DNA from: the human T2T-CHM13v2.0 reference genome, Homo sapiens
NCBI RefSeq assembly: GCF_009914755.1
Contig: NC_060941.1
Direction: 5' to 3' (one strand)
Length of the DNA: 64,000 bases
The stretch's first letter is position 1, and each line of letters opens with the position of its first letter. Below are positions 57,202 through 64,000 of this stretch, piece after piece. Position numbers and translations under genes: made by a program. Under the pieces are notes generated by a model. The model saw only the letters and a list, made by a program, of their open reading frames with translations, did not search any database and was not told the DNA's origin.

Positions 57202-57873
57202 AGAAGAGTGCTTCTTTTCTGAATCTGTTACTCTGGCACAACAGCGGAATCATACAGCATCCCACCCCCTAACTTCCTCTACTTTTCCTGGAAACAAGGA
57301 CTTTGAACATGAGCCCCGTGTTCAATAGAGCCTTCTTTCAGGTGGATGGGAAGCTCCCTGTTCAACTAGGATGTGTGCAACTTCTCTAAAGGCTGAGGGC
57401 AGACTATACCGCAGGTGGCAGACCCAGGAGCATGGGAGAGGGAGGGCCTGTGAGTGGGTGTCATGGGTCTGGGAGTGTGTTAGCACTGTGAGAGCCACGG
57501 CAGAGAGGGTGGCTGAGGAACTGAGGCGTGAGGACCTTCCAGGAACTGCCTGTGGAGAGCTGGTGGTGCCCCCTCCTAGGAAGCAGCTAAGGTTAGAGAC
57601 AGGGGTGTGCAGGTAGATGTCGAGCAACTGACCCTCTGAAAGAACATTTTAAAAAACTCTGATTTGTAGTGTTTGCTGATCCCTGTGGTGTAAATACTCC
57701 TGCTATGGATGATTTCAAGCGACTCATGTGAGTCATTGAACACAGAGCCGGGAAGAGACTCACAGTGCACTGTGATTTAGTACCTCCTCCATGCAGCTGC
57801 GATAGACGGAAGTAACCTCGACAGTGCAGACAATAGTAAAACGTAAAATAACTGGGCAGTGATGATTTTTTAG

Positions 57874-58214
<341 letters not shown>

Positions 58215-58420
58215 TGAATTGCAAGTTTATATAATTTAATTTTTAATTATGGCTGTGTTTAACCACTGGCTGGCAAACTCCCTAAACACCTTCCAGCTGG
58301 TTCTTGTGAGTGGGAGGAAGCCGGCTACAGCACACCACTGATGCCTGGGCACTGTTGCAGGGGGGACTGGCTGTCAAGCTGGAGCTGATGGGTGCTGGGG
58401 GCTTTCTCTCTTCTCTCCAG

Positions 58421-58575
58421 GCGGATGTTCCCATTCCTGTCATTTACTGTGGCCGGGCTGGAGCCCACCAGCCACTACAGGATGTTTGTGGACGTGGTCT
58501 TGGTGGACCAGCACCACTGGCGGTACCAGAGCGGCAAGTGGGTGCAGTGTGGAAAGGCCGAGGGCAGCATGCCAG
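58421..58575 (+). CDS. TBX21: TBX21 exon 2 (RMFPFLSF...EGSMPG)
   Basis: cag| and |gtgcgc; 155 nt; T-box motif RRMFP. Confidence 0.97.
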
Positions 58576-58620
58576 GTGCGCGCGCCCCTGGGAGCGGTGG
58601 GCTCTGTTTCGCTGGGACTG

Positions 58621-58636
58621 GGCGCCCCCTGGTGGG
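58621..58636 (-). promoter_or_regulatory. Candidate CTCF site, reverse orientation
   Basis: Reverse complement contains CCACCAGGGGGCGC, a consensus core. Confidence 0.75.
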
Positions 58637-58881
58637 CCCACCAAGCCCCTACCCCTAATTCCTAGACCTTTAACCCCCTCCCACTCCATCCCACGCCATT
58701 GCATCCCTCCTGTTTCTGGCTTCCTGCTTTGCTCTAGCCTGTCCTCTGCTGAGTCCTCTGCCCTTCCCTGCCTGGTCCTCCCCCTGTGTCCTTCCTTACG
58801 TCCCTCTCGGGACAGGCAAAGCCCTACATCACCAGGGTTCTGTCCCGGGGGCTGCATGTCAAAGAGGTGAACTGTCCACAG

Positions 58882-59003
58882 GAAACCGCCTGTACGTCCA
58901 CCCGGACTCCCCCAACACAGGAGCGCACTGGATGCGCCAGGAAGTTTCATTTGGGAAACTAAAGCTCACAAACAACAAGGGGGCGTCCAACAATGTGACC
59001 CAG
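58882..59003 (+). CDS. TBX21: TBX21 exon 3 ([17 protein letters not shown]...NNVTQ)
   Basis: T-box motif YVHPDSP..GAHWM; 122 nt; |gtagga. Confidence 0.97.
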
Positions 59004-59410
59004 GTAGGACCTGCTCTTCAAAAGGTAGCCTCGCCCTGCTCCCCACCCTGGGTCTGAGACCTCCAAGGCCACAAGGGTCCTGCGGGGCCAGTTTGGTTCA
59101 TTTTTTCTTCCTTCCTACAGGAAGGAAGGTTCGTTTTTCTTCTGTCCTAAACGAAGGGTCATTTTTCCTCCTTCCTAAACTCTGGCTGTTTCTCACCCAC
59201 CTTGGGAGGAAGATGAGATGGGATGAAGCTGAATCTTGGACGGGGGTCATATTCAGGCCACACAGGCCAACCCAGCCTCAGGGTTTCTTCACCAAATCAT
59301 GGGTTGCCATTGCTCCGGCACCATGAAAGGCACAGAGTTGGCCCTGTGGTCCCAGGGAATAGATGCCGAGTTTCTCTAGGTTGAACAATCCTGTTAAAAG
59401 TGCCCTTGCT

Positions 59411-59740
<330 letters not shown>

Positions 59741-60005
59741 CTAAAGCCCTGTTTGTGCTGATACCTTGGTCTCAATTGACATCTGGAGGTAGAAGAGGGG
59801 GCAAGAGGCTAGAATTGGTGCCCCAAAGAGTCCGGACACTGGAGTTGGAAAGCTTGGGGGAAGTTACATGGTGGCAGAGCAGGGGAATGGACAGGATGAC
59901 CTCAAGGTGCTTGCTAGCCTCACGTGGGGCCAGCTGTTGGTGGGGGTGATGGGATCCTCGAAATCCTTCCTCCCCACCCCTACAACCGTCTTGCTCTGTC
60001 TACAG

Positions 60006-60164
60006 ATGATTGTGCTCCAGTCCCTCCATAAGTACCAGCCCCGGCTGCATATCGTTGAGGTGAACGACGGAGAGCCAGAGGCAGCCTGCAACGCTTCCAA
60101 CACGCATATCTTTACTTTCCAAGAAACCCAGTTCATTGCCGTGACTGCCTACCAGAATGCCGAG
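60006..60164 (+). CDS. TBX21: TBX21 exon 4 ([13 protein letters not shown]...AYQNAE)
   Basis: T-box motifs; 159 nt. Confidence 0.97.
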
Positions 60165-60292
60165 GTGAGGGCTGCCTGAGCCCCGGTGGGGAGGAGGGCA
60201 GAGTGGGGCCCACTGTCTTCCTTGGGAGGGATTTGGAAAGTTCCCGAGCCCCAGACTCAGGACTCAGGTGACTCTATTTCCCTTCTCTCTAG

Positions 60293-60354
60293 ATTACTCA
60301 GCTGAAAATTGATAATAACCCCTTTGCCAAAGGATTCCGGGAGAACTTTGAGTC
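60293..60354 (+). CDS. TBX21: TBX21 exon 5 (ITQLKIDNNPFAKGFRENFE)
   Basis: tag| and |gtaagt; 62 nt; T-box end NPFAKGFR. Confidence 0.97.
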
Positions 60355-60558
60355 GTAAGTGCCACTGGGTTCAACTCAGCTTTGGTCCCTCCTGAGACAC
60401 ATCCTCTCCCTGCCCCTGAAAACAGGAGGGTGGGGGACAGATGCTACAGGTGGGCAGGCCAGGGAAGGAGGGTCGGAGAAGGAATGTGTGAAACAGGTAG
60501 GCTCACAGGTGACTGGTTCTGCTTGTGACCCGTTTTCTTGCCTTCTATTTTTTTCTAG

Positions 60559-61177
60559 CATGTACACATCTGTTGACACCAGCATCCCCTCCCCGCCTGG
60601 ACCCAACTGTCAATTCCTTGGGGGAGATCACTACTCTCCTCTCCTACCCAACCAGTATCCTGTTCCCAGCCGCTTCTACCCCGACCTTCCTGGCCAGGCG
60701 AAGGATGTGGTTCCCCAGGCTTACTGGCTGGGGGCCCCCCGGGACCACAGCTATGAGGCTGAGTTTCGAGCAGTCAGCATGAAGCCTGCATTCTTGCCCT
60801 CTGCCCCTGGGCCCACCATGTCCTACTACCGAGGCCAGGAGGTCCTGGCACCTGGAGCTGGCTGGCCTGTGGCACCCCAGTACCCTCCCAAGATGGGCCC
60901 GGCCAGCTGGTTCCGCCCTATGCGGACTCTGCCCATGGAACCCGGCCCTGGAGGCTCAGAGGGACGGGGACCAGAGGACCAGGGTCCCCCCTTGGTGTGG
61001 ACTGAGATTGCCCCCATCCGGCCGGAATCCAGTGATTCAGGACTGGGCGAAGGAGACTCTAAGAGGAGGCGCGTGTCCCCCTATCCTTCCAGTGGTGACA
61101 GCTCCTCCCCTGCTGGGGCCCCTTCTCCTTTTGATAAGGAAGCTGAAGGACAGTTTTATAACTATTTTCCCAACTGA
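60559..61177 (+). CDS. TBX21: TBX21 exon 6 coding part (MYTSVDTS...FYNYFPN*)
   Basis: Exon lengths sum to 1608 nt = 535 aa plus stop. Confidence 0.98.
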
Positions 61178-61421
61178 GCAGATGACATGATGAAAGGAAC
61201 AGAAACAGTGTTATTAGGTTGGAGGACACCGACTAATTTGGGAAACGGATGAAGGACTGAGAAGGCCCCCGCTCCCTCTGGCCCTTCTCTGTTTAGTAGT
61301 TGGTTGGGGAAGTGGGGCTCAAGAAGGATTTTGGGGTTCACCAGATGCTTCCTGGCCCACGATGAAACCTGAGAGGGGTGTCCCCTTGCCCCATCCTCTG
61401 CCCTAACTACAGTCGTTTACC

Positions 61422-61428
61422 TGGTGCT
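61422..61428 (+). promoter_or_regulatory. miR-29 seed match (7mer-m8) in the TBX21 3' UTR
   Basis: TGGTGCT; miR-29 is a known repressor of T-bet. Confidence 0.7.
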
Positions 61429-61912
61429 GCGTCTTGCTTTTGGTTTCCAGCTGGAGAAAAGAAGACAAGAAAGTCTTGGACATGAAGGAGCTTTTTGCAT
61501 CTAGTGGGTGGGAGGGGTCAGGTGTGGGACATGGGAGCAGGAGACTCCACTTTCTTCCTTTGTACAGTAACTTTCAACCTTTTCGTTGGCATGTGTGTTA
61601 ATCCCTGATCCAAAAAGAACAAATACACGTATGTTATAACCATCAGCCCGCCAGGGTCAGGGAAAGGACTCACCTGACTTTGGACAGCTGGCCTGGGCTC
61701 CCCCTGCTCAAACACAGTGGGGATCAGAGAAAAGGGGCTGGAAAGGGGGGAATGGCCCACATCTCAAGAAGCAAGATATTGTTTGTGGTGGTTGTGTGTG
61801 GGTGTGTGTTTTTTCTTTTTCTTTCTTTTTATTTTTTTTGAATGGGGGAGGCTATTTATTGTACTGAGAGTGGTGTCTGGATATATTCCTTTTGTCTTCA
61901 TCACTTTCTGAA

Positions 61913-61918
61913 AATAAA
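61913..61918 (+). terminator. TBX21: TBX21 poly(A) signal
   Basis: AATAAA ~735 nt after the stop codon. Confidence 0.88.
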
Positions 61919-62550
61919 CATAAAACTGTTGAATGTGCCTGCCTCAGTGCCAGCATGGGGGGACATGGATGGGGACTCAGTTGGGGTTGTACCCAAGCTG
62001 GTGTACCCAAGGTGTTCTGTCAGCTTTCATTTATGGGGAACCTGCTAAGACCCTGAAATGACTCCAGCTGAGTTACAGCAAGGCCACATGTCCTACCTTC
62101 AGCACTCAGGGGGTTGGTTGATGCTACCTCTTAAGGCATCTTGGGACGGACAGAGAAGAATCCCTTGCCCTGTGTGCACCCTGACATTGAAAGGAGGGGT
62201 GTGAGGGCAAGGCCAAGGGCTGGACTGGGAGCGGGGGTGCAGGGCGCTGTGAGGCGGTGGCACTTGATTTTTCTTTGCATTTCTAGCAGCCCTCCACCTT
62301 TATCTCTAGGGTTATTCAAGGATTAAAGAAATAAATATAAAATGAGCCATGTGAAATTACCATTTTTGTAGGTCGAAAAGCCAAATATTAGCAATTTTAT
62401 GTGACTCAAGCTAATACATGTAAAGGGTTTAAGAACATTGCCTGACAAACAGTAAGCACTCACTGTGTAAGCTACTGTTACCAACAGTTTCTAGCTGTTT
62501 CTGTCTGTCTTTTTATACACACTGAATTGTGTTTGTAAAATAATACATAC

Positions 62551-62850
62551 TTTTTTTTTTTTTTTTTGAGACAGAGTTTTGCTCTTGTTGCCCAGGCTGG
62601 AATGCAATGGTGCGATCTCAGCTCACTGAAACCTTCGCCTCCCAGGTTCAAGTGATTCTCCTGCCTCACCCTCCTGAGTAGCTGGGATTACAGATGTGCA
62701 CCACCATGCCTGGCTAATTTTTGTATTTTTAGTAGAGACGGTGTTTCGCCATATTGGCCAGGCTGGTCTCGAACTCCTGACGTCAGGTGATCTACCCACC
62801 TTGGCTTCCCAAAGTGCTGGGATTACAGGCGTGCGCCACCACACTCAGCC
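62551..62850 (-). mobile_element. AluS
   Basis: Full antisense Alu. Confidence 0.9.
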
Positions 62851-63037
62851 TATACATGCTTCTTTTAAATAATTCAAGCAAGGAAGAAAAGTATAAAGAC
62901 AACAATAAATTATCTCAAATCTTACCCATCAAGAATTATCATTAACATTAGGTGGGTTAGACAGAAATAGTTTTATAAATTGGAACCATACTGAAAAGGC
63001 TTTTTCTTAATGAAAATGGTTAAATTTTAGCTTATAG

Positions 63038-63469
<432 letters not shown>

Positions 63470-63646
63470 AAGAAATAGTTTCTAAAAGAACACTCTCAGG
63501 CTAAGACAGGTGCTTATAGGAAACATTAAGAAGTTAGAGTTACTATGTTGCCCCACCACAGTCCAGGGTGCACCCCATTCTAATGGGGAAACATCATCAT
63601 GGGCTTTGGGTAGTTCTCCCAGTTCTGTTTAAAGTCTGGAAAACCT

Positions 63647-63682
<36 letters not shown>

Positions 63683-64000
63683 GTCACAGTTCACATCCCA
63701 TCCTTTTTTGCTCTCTACTCAGAGGCACCTTCTAGTTAGAAGGAAAAAATACGGTGGCATACTTGGCTCCCTTTCCTTTGAATTTGGAATCTCATAATTT
63801 TGTAAATGACAGGAGATCTGCCACATTGTGCTCTGTGAGTTCAGATTATTTGTCCCCCTACTCCTACCCCGTGGCTGTCACTTTCTAAAGTTAATGGGTT
63901 GGGTCTATTTCCTTTCTTGGAGGAACTGTGGTTGATAATTATAATACTCTTTTCGCTCACCATTTAAAAATGATTTTTGCTCCCTTCATTAGATATGAAG

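Noticed and set aside
56922-57328. Val/Gly-rich ORFs
   Set aside because: Translation of the degenerate (GGT)n repeat.

Overview
Human-type (Alu-rich primate) genomic DNA, recognisable as the KPNB1-TBKBP1-TBX21 interval of 17q21.32. Two complete + strand protein-coding genes can be rebuilt exon by exon with GT-AG junctions and consistent phase: TBKBP1/SINTBAD (9 coding exons, 11900-26434, 615 aa) and TBX21/T-bet (6 exons, 49265-61177, 535 aa). The first ~1.3 kb is probably the distal 3' UTR of KPNB1 (assigned by synteny only). The rest is CpG islands, more than 20 Alu elements (several nested or composite), MIR/L1 remnants, a DNA-transposon remnant and microsatellites. Nearly all other six-frame ORFs are Alu-derived or GC-driven noise. 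The most unusual element is a non-Alu, ~98% identical inverted duplication (1542-1826 vs 2317-2597) just past the KPNB1 poly(A) signal that could form a ~280-bp RNA duplex. Also notable: convergent CTCF motifs around a 22-kb Alu-free zone with STAT/T-box/RUNX/AP-1 motif clusters, and inverted Alu pairs flanking internal exons of both genes. Exons are numbered by coding order. All motif calls were made by eye and are hypotheses.
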